Positions 1-11,400 of a stretch of 64,000 nt of DNA are shown in pieces. How positions within the stretch are numbered: the stretch's first letter is position 1; every line of letters begins with the position of its first letter. Position numbers and translations under genes: made by a program. The DNA comes from Malacoraja senta (Eukaryota). The stretch lies in assembly GCA_038087875.1 (NCBI GenBank), contig CM075987.1, positions 18,230,001 through 18,294,000 of the forward strand. The letters run 5' to 3'. Below the pieces are notes generated by a model. It was given only the letters and a program-made list of their open reading frames with translations, was not told the DNA's origin and searched no databases.

Positions 1-458
1 CTACCCATATCGATTCCACATCCTCCAAGCTAATGTCCTTCCTTTCTATTGCGTTAATCTCCTCTCTAACCAGCAACGCTACCCCGCCTCCTTTTCCTTT
101 CTGTCTAACACTCCTGAATATTGAATATCCCTGGATGTTCAGCTCCCAGCCTTGGTCACCCTGGAGCCATGTCTCCGTGATCCCAACTATATCATATTCA
201 TTAATAACTATCTTCACATTCAACTCATCCACCTTATTACGAATGCTCCTTGCATTAAGATACAAAGCCTTCAGGCTTGTTTTTACAACACTCTTACCCC
301 TTATACAATTATGTTGAAAAGTGGCCCTTTTTGATTTTTGCCCTGGATTTGTCTGCCTGCCACTTTTACTTTTCACCTTGCTACCTATTGCTTCTACCCT
401 CATTTTACACCCCTCTGCCTCTCTGCTCTTGCACCCATCCCCCTGCCACATTAGTTTA
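1..458 (-). mobile_element. CR1 LINE fragment (ORF2 N-terminus, APE endonuclease start)
   Basis: Near-identical to 35135-35560 of the long CR1 copy, which encodes ...CLNARSIRNK...YDIVGITETWLQ...; runs off the window edge. Confidence 0.9.
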
Positions 459-459
459 A

Positions 460-1031
460 ATGCTCCCCGACAGCGCCAGCAAACACATCGGCGTCTGGTG
501 TTGGGGTTACAGCCGCTCCCGCCCGGCGACGGGAGGACGGTCTCCAGGTCGCCTAACTGGCCGTTGGTGATGCACCGATGCCGCGGATGGAATCGCTGGA
601 CTGGGCGGGCGGGCAGACACCGCAACCCCCCCCCCCCCGGCACCGCGGATGGAATCGCTGGACCGGGCGGGCGGGCAGGCGGGCAGACGCCGTGCTGCAC
701 CGCACCCCCCCCCTACTGACCTGGAGTAAATGCGAGGCATCGAGCTTAATGGGTGAAGCACAAATGGCAGTCTGATCCCGCCCGGACCCACTGCGCACGC
801 GCGGAGAGATGGCGTCATTTTGCGTCGCTTCCCCAACTGCGCAGGCGCGTATGGGCGCATTTCTTTCTCCCCCATTGGCCGGAACCAGAATTTCGGACGA
901 TTTCCCACAAAGTGGAAATGCTGATTGTACTTCGATTTTTAAAAAAAATTCTGGGGATTTTTTCTTACTCTGGGGAAAATAAGGCGGGTGCGGTCGCACC
1001 CCGTGCACCCCCCCCCCTTCGGACGGCCATG
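460..1031. mobile_element. GC/CpG-rich segment ending in a probable DNA-transposon terminus (hAT-like, non-autonomous)
   Basis: Ends GGGTGCG-GT-CGCACCC (hairpin 986-1001), C-run, TTCGGACGGCCATG, a layout typical of hAT-type MITE ends. Internal direct repeat CCGCGGATGGAATCGCTGGAC at about 581 and 643. No partner TIR or TSD found. Confidence 0.4.
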
Positions 1032-1159
1032 ACTCACTCTGCCTCTCACTTTGTCTCTCTCTCTCTCTATCTCTTTCCCTCACTCTCTCTCTGTCTTTCT
1101 CTCCCTGTCTCTCTCTCTGTCTCTGTATCTGTCTCTCTCTGTTTTTCTTTCTCTCTCAC

Positions 1160-2278
1160 AACAGACAATAGACAATAGGTGCAGGAGTAGGCCATTTGGC
1201 CCTTCGAGCCAGCACCGCCATTAAATGTGATCACGGCTGATCATCCCAATCAGTACCCCGTTCCTGCCTTCTCCCCATATCCCCTGACTCCGCTATCTTT
1301 AAGAGCCCGATCTAGCTCTCTCTTGAAAACATCCAGGGAACCTACCCGCACCGCCCCGAGGCAGAGAATTCCACAGATTCACAACTCTCTGTGAGAAAAG
1401 GTGTTTCCTCGTTTCCGTTCTAAATGGATTACCGCTTATTCTTAAAATGTGGCCCCTGGTTCTGGACTCCCCTAAAATCAAGAATATGTTTCCTGCCTCC
1501 AGCGTGTCCAAACCCTTAACAATCTTATGTTTCAATAACATCCCCTCTCTTCCTTCTAAACTCCAGAGTGTACAAGCCCAGCTGCTCCATACTCTCAGCA
1601 TATGACAGTCCCGCCATCCCTGGAATTAACCTGAACCTACGCTGCACTCCCTCAATAGCAAGAATGTCCTTCCTCAAGTTTGGAAACCAAAACTGCACAC
1701 AATGTTCCAGGTGTGGTCTCACTAGGCCTCTGTCCAACTGCAGGAGCTCTTTGCTTCTATACTCGATTCCTCTTGTTATAAAGGCCAACATGCCATTCGC
1801 TTTCTTCACTGTCTGCTGTACCTGCATGCTTACTTTCATAGACAGATGAACAAGAACCCCTAGATCCCGTTGTACTTCCCCTTTTCCCAACTTGGCGCCA
1901 TTTATATAGTAATCTGCCTACCTGTTTTTGATACCTAAGTGGATAACATCACATTAATGCGCATTAAACTTTATCTGCCATGCATCTGCCCACTCCACCA
2001 ACCTGTCCAAGTCACCCTGCATTCTCATAGCATCCTCCTCACTGTCCACACTGCCACCTAGCTTTGTGTCATCTGCAAATTTGCGAAGGTTACTTTGAAT
2101 CCCTTCATCCAAATCATTGATGTATATTGTAAATAGCTGTGGTCCCAGCACCGAGCCTTGCGGTACCCCACTAGTTACTGCCTGCCATTCTGAAAGGGAC
2201 CCGTTAATTCCTACTCTTTGTTTCCTGTCTGCCAACCAATTTTCTATCCGTGTCAGCACTCTACCCCAATACCATGTG
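1160..2278 (-). mobile_element. CR1 LINE 3' fragment (RT C-terminus and 3' tail)
   Basis: ORF pieces [36 protein letters not shown]; (CTATTGT)n-type tail at 1160-1177. Confidence 0.93.
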
Positions 2279-2279
2279 C

Positions 2280-2903
2280 CCTCTCCCTGTCTCTCTCCCA
2301 CTCGCTGTCTGTTTCTCTCTCGCTCTCTGTGCCCCTCTGCCTTTCTGTCTCTCTGTCTGTCTCTCACTGTCTCTCTTTCTCTCTCACTGTCTCTGTCTCC
2401 CTGTCCCCTCTCTCTGTCTCTCTCTGTGACTCTCTGGCTGACTCTCTCTCTCCCTCTGTCTCGCTCTCTCTGTGTCTCTATCTCTCTCACCCTGTCTCTC
2501 TCTCTCACTGACTCTCTGTGTCTCTTTCTGTCTCTCCCTGTCTCTATCTCTCTCCCTGTCTCTCTGTGTGTCTCTCTCTCTCTCTTTCTGTCTCTCCCTG
2601 TCTCTATCTCTCTCCCTGACTCTCACCGTCTCTTTCTGTTTCCGTTTCTCTCTCCGTCTCTCACTCTGTCTCTCTCTCTGTCCCCCCCTCTCTCTGTTCC
2701 TCCATCTCTCTCTATCTCCCTGTCTCTCTCCCTCTCTGTCTCTCACTCTGCCTGTCTGTCTCCGTTTCTCTGTCTCACTCTCTCGTTTTGTGTGTCTCTC
2801 ACCCTGTCTGTCTGTCTTTCTCTCTCTCTCTCTGCCGCTCACTGTCTGTCCCTCTCTCTATCTCTCTCTCTCTGTCTCTCTCTCTCCGTCTCTCACTCTC
2901 TCT
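2280..2903. repeat. Degenerate (CT)n/(CTGT)n low-complexity tract
   Basis: Pyrimidine-rich simple sequence read directly. Confidence 0.95.
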
Positions 2904-3309
2904 GTACACATGGGGCCGCGAACACACAGGGCCATAAACCCTGCAACATCCCCGTCAGCTGCAGCAGAGGGGAAGTCTGGTCCGGCACCACGACCTCCCT
3001 ACCAAGGTGATTCACCGCCCCCCCCCGACCCACCAACCGGGGTGATTCACCCCCCATACCCCCACATGGGGTGATTCACCCCCTGGACCCCCATATGGGG
3101 CGATTCGCCCAGGTGGTGGGCTGCCTGTTGCCCCACCGCCACGTTTCAGCTGCCAAACACCAAACGAGATTACCGTGCAGGAACTATCTTTCAAGTAGTG
3201 GGGAGGTGTCCGACTGCCCTACGACTACAGATATGCATGGGGTCGAGAATAATTTCTTATCATTTCTGGAGATGGTTGGCATTTTCTTTCATTATTAATA
3301 GTACAACAT

Positions 3310-3484
3310 TGTTACAGGTAAACCAAAGCAAATCTTTTAATCAATTTGTCAGACAGGATTGGCGAGATCTACAAAGAGCACACACGTTGCTCAGTGCTTC
3401 TCGGACTCCACTCAAAGACTTTCCGATTTTCAGCAAATCATTTTTAATTTAAGAAACCAAACGTGACCAAATGAAACTCTTTCA
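3310..3484 (-). mobile_element. Internally deleted ERV LTR copy
   Basis: Minus strand starts TGAAAGAG at 3484, matches 39850-39905, then jumps to the GAGTGGAG...GATCTCGCCA block shared with 3943-4050 and 40347-40448. Confidence 0.7.
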
Positions 3485-3890
3485 GTGAGGACAGGATAAA
3501 CTTGCTTTATTTCTTACGTAAGGCACAAATGCGTCAAAACCTTAAAAAAAAAAACACTTTAAAATGCCTTTAAGTTTTTGGGCCAGTGGCAGCCAGCTGG
3601 TACTTTGAGCAGTCGGCTGTGTGTAGCTTAACTCACTTTTGGCATTTTCACTTGGGTACAGTATGAATGAGAAGATGCTGGTACTGTTGATTATCTGCTC
3701 CTCGACGGGCAAGAAGGGCTTATATTAGGAACATTCCTCAATCCGTTTTCCACCACGGATGGTTGATCTGCTGAGTTCTACCGGCACTTTGGAGAGGAAT
3801 GGACAGACGATGTGTCGGGTCTGGACACTGCTGTTCCGCCAGCTTATAACCATATAACCATCTCGGCCCTTCTAGTCCGTGCCAAATACT

Positions 3891-4433
3891 TGTGTGTCAC
3901 CTTGCCAAAGTTCGTCTCCTAAAAAGAAAATAGCAACAAAATTGTTAAAGGTAAACCATGAAAATCTTTAATTGATTCATCAGACCGGAGTGGCAAGATC
4001 TACAATGAGCACAAACGTTGCTCAGTGCTTCTCGGGCTCCACTCTCAGAACAAAGGAAAGTTAGCACAATTATACATTTTTCTTCTCAGTAAAACACTCC
4101 TACCAAGTCTGAACATGGCAGACTGAAAGATTCTGTAGCCTTTCAGAATATAGGAAAAGCTGGGTCCAAATCAAGCTCATCCAATAACAAGTTATTACTT
4201 ATGTCTGGAGCGTCAGCTACTTTTTTCACTTGGCTTCTTTATGGCCTTGAAAGAAGCACATGTTATTACGCAGGGCTCCATCTTAATGTCTTTATTAAAA
4301 AGACACCCTGTCCTCCATATTGTGTTCCATATAATTTGCAAAGTCATTCCCACTTGGCACCAAGCCATTCTTTTGTTATACTAGACCATGCTTTTGTAGA
4401 ACTCCATTTTAGATTTGACTATTAGCTCTTTCA
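3891..4433 (-). mobile_element. ERV LTR copy
   Basis: Minus strand starts TGAAAGAG at 4433 and contains TATA-like TGTATAAT, an R-like hairpin block and ATTAAA; homologous to the LTR following env/PPT at 39533-40448. The 3' boundary is uncertain. Confidence 0.7.
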
Positions 4434-4575
4434 ACCTGACTGGCAATGGAGGAGGCCCAGGATAGAAACATCAGTGTGGGAGTGGGAAGGGGAGTTAAAA
4501 TGGTTGGCAACCGGAAGATCCAGCAAGCCTTGGCGGACTGAATGCAAGTGTAGGGTGAAATGCACGCCTAGTCTA
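4434..4575 (-). mobile_element. Penelope-like element fragment (GIY-YIG endonuclease C-terminal part)
   Basis: Translation LDLPVANHFNSPSHSHTDVSILGLLHCQS, typical of vertebrate Penelope ORF ends; homologous to 62480-62590. Confidence 0.75.
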
Positions 4576-4579
4576 GATA

Positions 4580-5270
4580 CAAGGAGAGAGAGCGTGTTTG
4601 AGGGAAAGAGCGTGTGTGTGTGTGTGTGTATGAATGTGTGTGTGAGTGTGAGACAGCGTGTGTGCGTGTGAGAAGATGCTTGTGTGAGTGAGCGTGTGTG
4701 AGAGAGCGTGTGTGAGTGCATGTGTGAGAGAGGATGTGTATCTGAGAGAACAAGAGACAGGGAGTATGTGTGTGCGTGTTAGAGAGAGGGACAGAGAGGG
4801 TGTGTGTGAGAGAGAACAAGACAGAGAGGGAGTGTGTGTGTCAGAGAGAGTATGTGTGAGAGAGGGACAGAGAGAGGAGGTGAGGGAGAGGGACGGAAAA
4901 GATGTGGGGAGGGGGAGAGGCTATTTATTTCTGCATGGGAGAGGCACCGGAAGGAAAGGGTGTCGAGGTTGTGTTTGAGGGACAGGGAGCGAGAGAGGGA
5001 GTGTGTGAGAGAGACAGGGAGCGAGAGAGGGAGTGTGTGAGAGAGGAGGGGGGCACGAGACGGAGTTTGTGAGAGAGACAGGGAGCGAGAGAGGGGGTGA
5101 GAGACAGGGAGCGAGAGAGGGAGTGTGTGAGAGAGACGGAGAGAGGGAGTGTGCGAGAGACAGGGAGCGAGAGAGGGAGTGTGTGAGAAAGGAGGGGGCA
5201 CGAGAGGGTGGAGTGGAGAGAATTTGTGTACGTGAGGGGGAGAGTGGAGAGAGGAATGTATATGTGCAGC
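4580..5270. repeat. (GT)n/(GA)n low-complexity tract
   Basis: Purine- and GT-rich simple sequence. Confidence 0.9.
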
Positions 5271-5676
5271 TTTAAGAGACATTAGTCAGGTAGCATTTGG
5301 AGTATTGGACAGTTCTGGTCACTCCATTACAGGACTGATGTGGAGGCTTTGGGGAAGGTGCAGAGATGGTTAACCAGAATGGTTTAAAAACAAGGAACTG
5401 CAGATGCTGGTTGACAAAAAAGGACAGAAAGTGCTGGAGTAACTCACAGGACAGGCAGCATCTCTGGAGAGAAGGAATGGGTGACTGAAGAAATGACCCT
5501 GAAGCGTTACCCATTCCTTCCAGCATTTTGTGTTTACCTAAACATCGCGTATCTATCCACGTGGCGGTGTGCCAGCAGGCTGGGGGAGCAGGTGAAAACC
5601 TTGCCACTCAGCGCACACAAAGGGTCTCTCTCTGATGTGTATCCGCTGGTGCTCCCGCAGCCCCCGTGCTCTCTTG

Positions 5677-7287
5677 TCACAGTGGGAGCAGCTGTTCGCC
5701 GACGTGGGCACGCCGGTGCTGCCGCAACCCCCGCGAGCTGTCAAACGCCTCACCGCAGTACAGGCAGTTGTAGGGCTGGCCACTGGTGTGCGCACGCTCA
5801 CCACACACCGGGTTGGGGATGGGACGGTCGCAAGCGTGCACCCGCTGGTGGTACAGCAGTTTCGTAGAGGTGGTGTAGCCCTTGCCGCACTGAGTGCAGG
5901 TGAAGGGGCGCTCGCTGGTGTGGGTGCGCTGGTGCTTCATCAGCTTGGTGGAGTGGGTGAAGCCCTTGCCGCATTGGGCGCAGGAGTAGGGCCGCTCGCC
6001 GGTGTGGGTGCGCTGGTGCTTCAGCAGGCTGCTGGATTGGGTGAAGCCCTTGCCGCATTTGGCGCAGATGAAAGGGCGCTCGCCGGTGTGGGTGCGCTGG
6101 TGCTTCAGCAGGCAGCTGGATTGGGTGAAGCGCTTGCCGCATTGGGCGCAGGTGTAGGGGCGATCACCAGTGTGAGTGCGTTCATGCACCAGCAGATGAC
6201 TGGAGTGGGCGAAGCCCTTGCCGCAGTCGCTGCAGGTGTAGGGACGCTCGCCGGTGTGGGTGCGCTGATGCACCAGCAGGTTGCTGGACTGGGTGAAGCC
6301 CTTGCCGCACTGGGCGCAGGTGAATGGTCGCTCCCCGGTATGGGTGCGCTGGTGGGACAGCAGGCTGCTGGGGTGGGTGAAGCCCTTGCCGCACTGGGCG
6401 CAGGTGTAGGGGCGCTCCCCGGTGTGGGTGCGCTGGTGCTCCTGCAGGTGACTGGAGTGGGTGAAGCTCTTGCCGCAGTCGCTGCAGGTGTAGGGGCGCT
6501 CGCCGGTGTGGGTGCGCTGGTGCTGCAGCAGGTTGCCGGACTGGCTAAAGCCCTTGCCGCACTGGGCGCAGGTATAGGGGCGCTCGCCGGTGTGGGTGCG
6601 CTGGTGCAACAGCAGGCTGTTGGAGTGGGTGAAGCTCTTGCCGCACTGGGCGCAGGTGTAGGGGCGCTCACCGGTGTGGGTGCGCTGGTGGGACAGCAGG
6701 TGACTGGACTGGGTGAAGCCCTTGCCGCACTGGGCACAGGTGTAGGGGCGCTCCCCAGTGTGGGTGCGCTGGTGCTTCTGCAGGTTGTCGAAGCGGGCGA
6801 AGCCCTTGCCGCACTGGGCGCAGGTGTAGGGGCGCTCCCCGGTGTGGGTGCGCTGGTGGGACAGTAGGTGACCAAACTGGGTGAAGCCATTGCCGCACTG
6901 GGCACAGGTGTAGGGGCGCTCCCCAGTGTGGGTGCGCTGGTGCTGCAGCAGGCTGTCGAAGCAGGCGAAGCCCTTGCCACAGGTGGAGCAGCCATAGGGC
7001 CTCTCGCCCGTGTGGACCTTCCAGTGGATCTTCAGCTCATTCGCCGACTTGAAGTTCTTGCCACAGTCGGAGCAGGTGAAGGGCCTCTCGCCGGAGTGCA
7101 AGTGGTTGTGCTGCACCAGGTTGCTGTAGCTGGCGAAGCTCTTGCCGCACTCCGAGCAGTTGAAGGGGCGTTCTCCCGTGTGCACCCGCCGGTGGATCTC
7201 CAGATGGCTTGGGACCCGCCAGGCCTTGCCACACACGTCGCACTCATAACGCTTCTCCTTGTTGTGCCCCGTCATGTGGTCCTCCAT
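5677..7287 (-). CDS. Tandem C2H2 zinc-finger protein (536 aa, 18 intact fingers)
   Basis: Uninterrupted ORF: 17 consecutive CX2CX12HX3H fingers with TGERP(Y/F) linkers, one broken finger, then one more intact finger. Splice acceptor (...CTCCTGCAG|G) ends at 7380 on the minus strand; an in-frame TGA lies 3 codons upstream of the ATG. Confidence 0.93.
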   Translation of the reverse strand: MEDHMTGHNKEKRYECDVCGKAWRVPSHLEIHRRVHTGERPFNCSECGKSFASYSNLVQHNHLHSGERPFTCSDCGKNFKSANELKIHWKVHTGERPYGCSTCGKGFACFDSLLQHQRTHTGERPYTCAQCGNGFTQFGHLLSHQRTHTGERPYTCAQCGKGFARFDNLQKHQRTHTGERPYTCAQCGKGFTQSSHLLSHQRTHTGERPYTCAQCGKSFTHSNSLLLHQRTHTGERPYTCAQCGKGFSQSGNLLQHQRTHTGERPYTCSDCGKSFTHSSHLQEHQRTHTGERPYTCAQCGKGFTHPSSLLSHQRTHTGERPFTCAQCGKGFTQSSNLLVHQRTHTGERPYTCSDCGKGFAHSSHLLVHERTHTGDRPYTCAQCGKRFTQSSCLLKHQRTHTGERPFICAKCGKGFTQSSSLLKHQRTHTGERPYSCAQCGKGFTHSTKLMKHQRTHTSERPFTCTQCGKGYTTSTKLLYHQRVHACDRPIPNPVCGERAHTSGQPYNCLYCGEAFDSSRGLRQHRRAHVGEQLLPL

Positions 7288-7480
7288 TAAAGCTCAGCCC
7301 ACACACGAGCAGATGGGGGGGGGGGCTCACCGGCCGCTCATGTCCCTGTCTCTCCGTCCACAGCAACAGCCCCTAAACCCTGCAGGAGGCGAACACAGAG
7401 GGTCAACAAGCTGGCAAACAGGACATTACTAGCACATATTTTGTGCTTTTATGGCGGAAGAAACCGTTATATAATTCTGC

Positions 7481-7786
7481 GCAGCACAGTGGTGTAGCGG
7501 TACAGTTGCTGCCTCACCGCCAGAGACCCAGGCTCAATCCTAATTACGGGTGCTCTCTGTGCGGAGTTTGTACGTTCTCCCCTTGACCTGTGTGGGTTTT
7601 TACTCCTGGTGCTCCAGTTTTCTCCAACATTTCAAAGACGTTCAGCGTTGTAGATTAATCAGCCTCTGCAAAATTGTTAAATTATCCCTAATGTGCATAG
7701 GATAGAGCTAGTGTACGGGGTGATCGCTGGTCGGCGCGAACTCCGCGGGCTGAAAGACCTGTTTCCGCTCTGCATCTCTAACCTAC
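7481..7786 (+). mobile_element. tRNA-derived V-SINE (HE1-like)
   Basis: tRNA-like head (GTGGTGTAGCGG A box, GGCTCAATCC B box), V-domain GGAGTTTGTACGTTCTCCCC...TGGGTTTT, CR1-like tail. Confidence 0.85.
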
Positions 7787-8129
7787 ATTAATCCAAAGGG
7801 TCTCGACCCAAAACATCACTCATTCATTCTCTCCACAGATGCTGCCTGACCCGCTGAATTACTCCAGCACTTTATCTCTATCTGCCTCTCTCTCTCTCTC
7901 ACTCTGTGTGTGTCTCTTTCTGCCCCTCTGTCTGTCTGTCTCTGTCTCTCTGACCCTCCCTCTCTCTCCCTCCCTCCCTCACTCTCCCCCCCCCTCTCTC
8001 TCTCTGTCTCTCGGTTTCTCTCTGTCTCTATCTGTCTCACTCTCTCTGTCCCTCTCGCTCTGTCTCTCTCTCTCTTTCACTCTCTCTGTGTCTCTTTCTC
8101 TCCCTGTCTCTCTCTCTCTCTCTGTTTCT

Positions 8130-9570
8130 CGTTATGACCACATATTCTGTTTTCTCTAGGTTGCCAGAATCTCTTCTGTCTTCCTTTTTCAACTGCCAAA
8201 TAGTGGTCACTTAGCCTGTATTTGGTGAGGGTCTGCCTCTGCTTTATGTCTCTAACAGTTGAGAGATAGTCTGCCAATTTATAATCTCTTTTTAGGGCAC
8301 GGTAACATTCTAATCTGCTTTGGCTTTTGGTTTCTTTATCCCAATGTTCCAAATACGTTTCTTTACATTGTTTGATAATTTGGTTCACTCTAACTGGTGA
8401 TTGGGGATCAGTATTGATCTGAGGTTAGTCAGGATTTAACTGGATAGGGTTTAACTGAATAGGGGTAGTTAGTCTCAGTACCAACTGACACAGGGAACTC
8501 TTTTCTGGGCTCCCCTCTTGTGTTTTAAGGGCTTTAAACTGGAGGGTATCTGGTGGGCTAGATATAAGGTGATTCAAAAAATTTAGTGCTCTTTTCTGGA
8601 TATTTATTATCAGTGGGTATCTGCCTAATTCCGCCCTACATGCGTTTGTTGGTGTTTTCCTTTGGATGCGGAGGTTGTCCCGACAAAATTCCGACAACAT
8701 TACACCTAGAAGAGATAAGACTCCTCCTAGCAGGTAAACCAGATCACTTCCACCTGACGTGGTCTGCATTTATAGAATTATTACAAACATAGGGTGCAAA
8801 AGTACTTTAAAAAAAATTGAGGTCAGGTAAGGGGGGATGATAGTTGAAGAGTTGGTATGTCCCATTTACGTAATGCTCATAAAAATATTTGTTTATCTCT
8901 TTTTCCTCTTTCTCTCTCTCTTTCTTTCCTAGGGTCTATTTCTTAACTCTTTTTCTTTTGTTTTTAATTTTGCTCTTATAGGGTCTTCGTCCTTTTTTGT
9001 TGTCACATTTCCTACACTTTCACTTTTTCCTTCACTTTCTTCTTTCTTTCAATCTTTTCCTTTTCTAGTGTAAAAAGATATTTTATTTTTATGGTCAGTT
9101 CTTCCAAAGTAATTGGGAAATCAAGAGGGTTTTGATATTCTTTAATTACTGTTTCTAGTGTTTGGAGTTTTTCTTTGATATGAGAATGATTTGAGTTTAT
9201 TTTATTTATTGGGATGTCTTTATATAGATTTTTGAAATGTGCTCTCCAGATATCACCGTCTTGAATTGATAATGTTTGTAGTTTTGTTGTGCTCAGGTTA
9301 TTCCACATATCCCAAAATTGGTTTTGATTTATGGAATTTTCAATTTCTTCAAGTCTTTGTGAGTGTAATTTTGTCTTTCGTTCCTAATCGTGTGTTTATA
9401 CCTTTTAAGAGTTTCATTATATCTAATGCGTAAGTCTGGATTGTTTGGTTGACGGTGTTTTTGGTTCGATATTTTCCTCAGATCTTTTCTGACACTTTTA
9501 CATTCGTGGCTGAACCATTTTTCATGGTTGTGTTTTTTGATAATTTTTCTCTTCTGTTTCACAGGTCAGC
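8130..9570 (-). mobile_element. Fragmented non-LTR retrotransposon, probably RTE-X clade, split by an L1 piece
   Basis: Peptides CRAELGRYPL, KYRLSDHYLAVEKGR...RENRICGH and LDFPITLEEL. Clade call is from motif memory. Confidence 0.65.
8690..9075 (+). mobile_element. L1-clade LINE 3' end
   Basis: HLEEIRLLLAGKPDHFHLTWSAFIELLQT* resembles fish-type L1 ORF2 C-termini (compare 61630-61810); followed by a T-rich 3' UTR. Confidence 0.65.
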
Positions 9571-9614
9571 TTTGATCTCTCTATCTCACTCTGACTCTTT
9601 CTCCCGTCTCTCTC

Positions 9615-9822
9615 TCGGTCTGCCACAGAGGGCAGTGGAGGCCAAATCACTGGATGGATTTAAGAGAGAGTTAGATAGAGCTCTAGGGGCTAGTGGAATC
9701 AAGGGATATGGGGAGAAGGTAGGCACAGGTTATTGATTGGGGAGAATCAGCCATGATCACAATGAATGGCGGTGCTGGCTCAAAGGGCCGAATGGCCTCT
9801 TCCAGCACCTATTTTCCATGAT
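9615..9822 (+). mobile_element. CR1 3' end fragment
   Basis: LPQRAVEAKSLDGFKRELD plus the conserved CR1 3' UTR. Confidence 0.9.
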
Positions 9823-11359
9823 TCTATCTATTTTCCCTCTGTCTCCCCCTCTCTGTTTCTCTATCTGTCCTCCTCAGCCTCTCTGTCGCTCTCTGTGTCT
9901 TTCTCTCTCTCGCTCTCTATCTATCTCTGTCTCTCACTTCCTCTCACTGTTTCTCTCTATCTCTCTCTGTCCCCCTCTCTCTGTGTTTCTTTCTCTCTCT
10001 CGCTATGTGTCTCTCTCTGACTCTCTCTCTCTCTCTGTGTCACTTGCTCTGTCTCTCTCTCTGTCTATCTGTATCTCTATCTGTCTCTCTGTCACTCTCT
10101 CTCTCTCTCTGTGTCACCCGCTCTGTCTCTCTGTCTCTCACTCTCTCTGCGTCCCTCAGTCTTTCTTGCACTCTGTATCTCATTCTCTCGCTGTGTCTCT
10201 CTCTCTCTCTCCGTCTCTCTGTCACCCTCCGTCTCTCTCTCCCTTTCTCTGTCCGTCACTCTCTCTCTTTCTCTGTCTCTCTCTCGCCGTCTCTCTTTCT
10301 CTCACTGTCTCTCTCTCTCTCCCTGTCTCTGTCCGTCTCTCTCTCCATCTCTCTCTGTCTGTCTCCCCCCCTCTCTCTCTGTCACTCTCTCTCTCTCTCT
10401 GTCTTTGTCTCTCTCTCGCTCCGTCTCTCTCTCTCTCTCTCTCATTGTCTCTCCCTCTCTGGCCCCGTCTGCCTCTGACTCTCTCTCTGTATCTCTCTGT
10501 CTCTCTATCTATCTGTGTGTGTGTGTCGCTCTCTCTTTCTCTTTCACCCTCACTGTCTCTCTCTGTCTCTCTCTCTATCCCACTCTGTCTCTCTCTCTCT
10601 ATCTCCCTCTCTCGCTGTCTGTGTCCGTCTCTCACTCTCTGTCTCTGTCTCTCTCTCTCGCTGTCTCCCTCTCTCTCTCTGTCTCCCTCTCTCTCGCTGT
10701 CTGTGTCCGTCTCTCTCTCGCTCTCCGTCTCTCTCGCTCCCTCTCTGTCATCCTCTGCCTCTGTCCCTGTCTCTCTGTGTCTCTCTCTTCTCTATCTATC
10801 TCTGTCTGTCTCTCTCACTGTCTGTTTCTCTCTCTCTCTCTCTCTCTGTCTCCCTCTCGCTGTCTGTGTCCCTCTCTCACTCTGACTCTCTCTCTCTCCT
10901 TCTCTGTCTCTCTATCTCCCTCTCTCTCGCTCTTTGTCTGTCGCTGTCTGTCTCTCTCCCCGTCTCCCTCTCTGTCCGTCTTTCTCTGTCGCTATCTCTC
11001 TCTCTATCTCTCTCACTGTTTCTCTCACAATCTCTCTGTTTCTCGCTATCTCTCCCTGTCTCTCGCTCTGTCTCCCCGCCTCTCTGTCTCTCTCTCTCGG
11101 TCTCTCTCTCTCCCTCTGCTTTTCACTCTCTCACCCCCTATGTCTCTCACTCTTTCTCTCTCAATCTCTGTCTCTCTCGTTTTGTCTCTCTCTGTCTCTT
11201 TGTCTCTTTCTGTCTCTCTCTCTCACTCTCTCTTAGTATCTCTATCTGTCTCTCTCTCTCTATGTCTCTCTCTCTGTCACTCGCTCTCTGTCTCTCTCTC
11301 ACTGTCTCTCTCTATGTCCCTCTCTATATCTCTCTCTGTCTCTCTCTCCCGTCTCACTT

Positions 11360-11390
<31 letters not shown>

Positions 11391-11400
11391 GTCTCTCCCA
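9823..11400. repeat. Long degenerate (CT)n tract
   Basis: About 1.6 kb of pyrimidine-rich simple sequence. Confidence 0.95.

Noticed and set aside
5635..6995. 410-aa antisense Ala/Gly/Val ORF and 296-aa Pro/Ala/Ser alternative-frame ORF
   Set aside because: Shadows of the GC-rich zinc-finger repeat; no independent coding evidence.
7481..7545. tRNA gene (also 63385-63454)
   Set aside because: tRNA-derived heads of V-SINEs that continue into the V-domain and a LINE-like tail.
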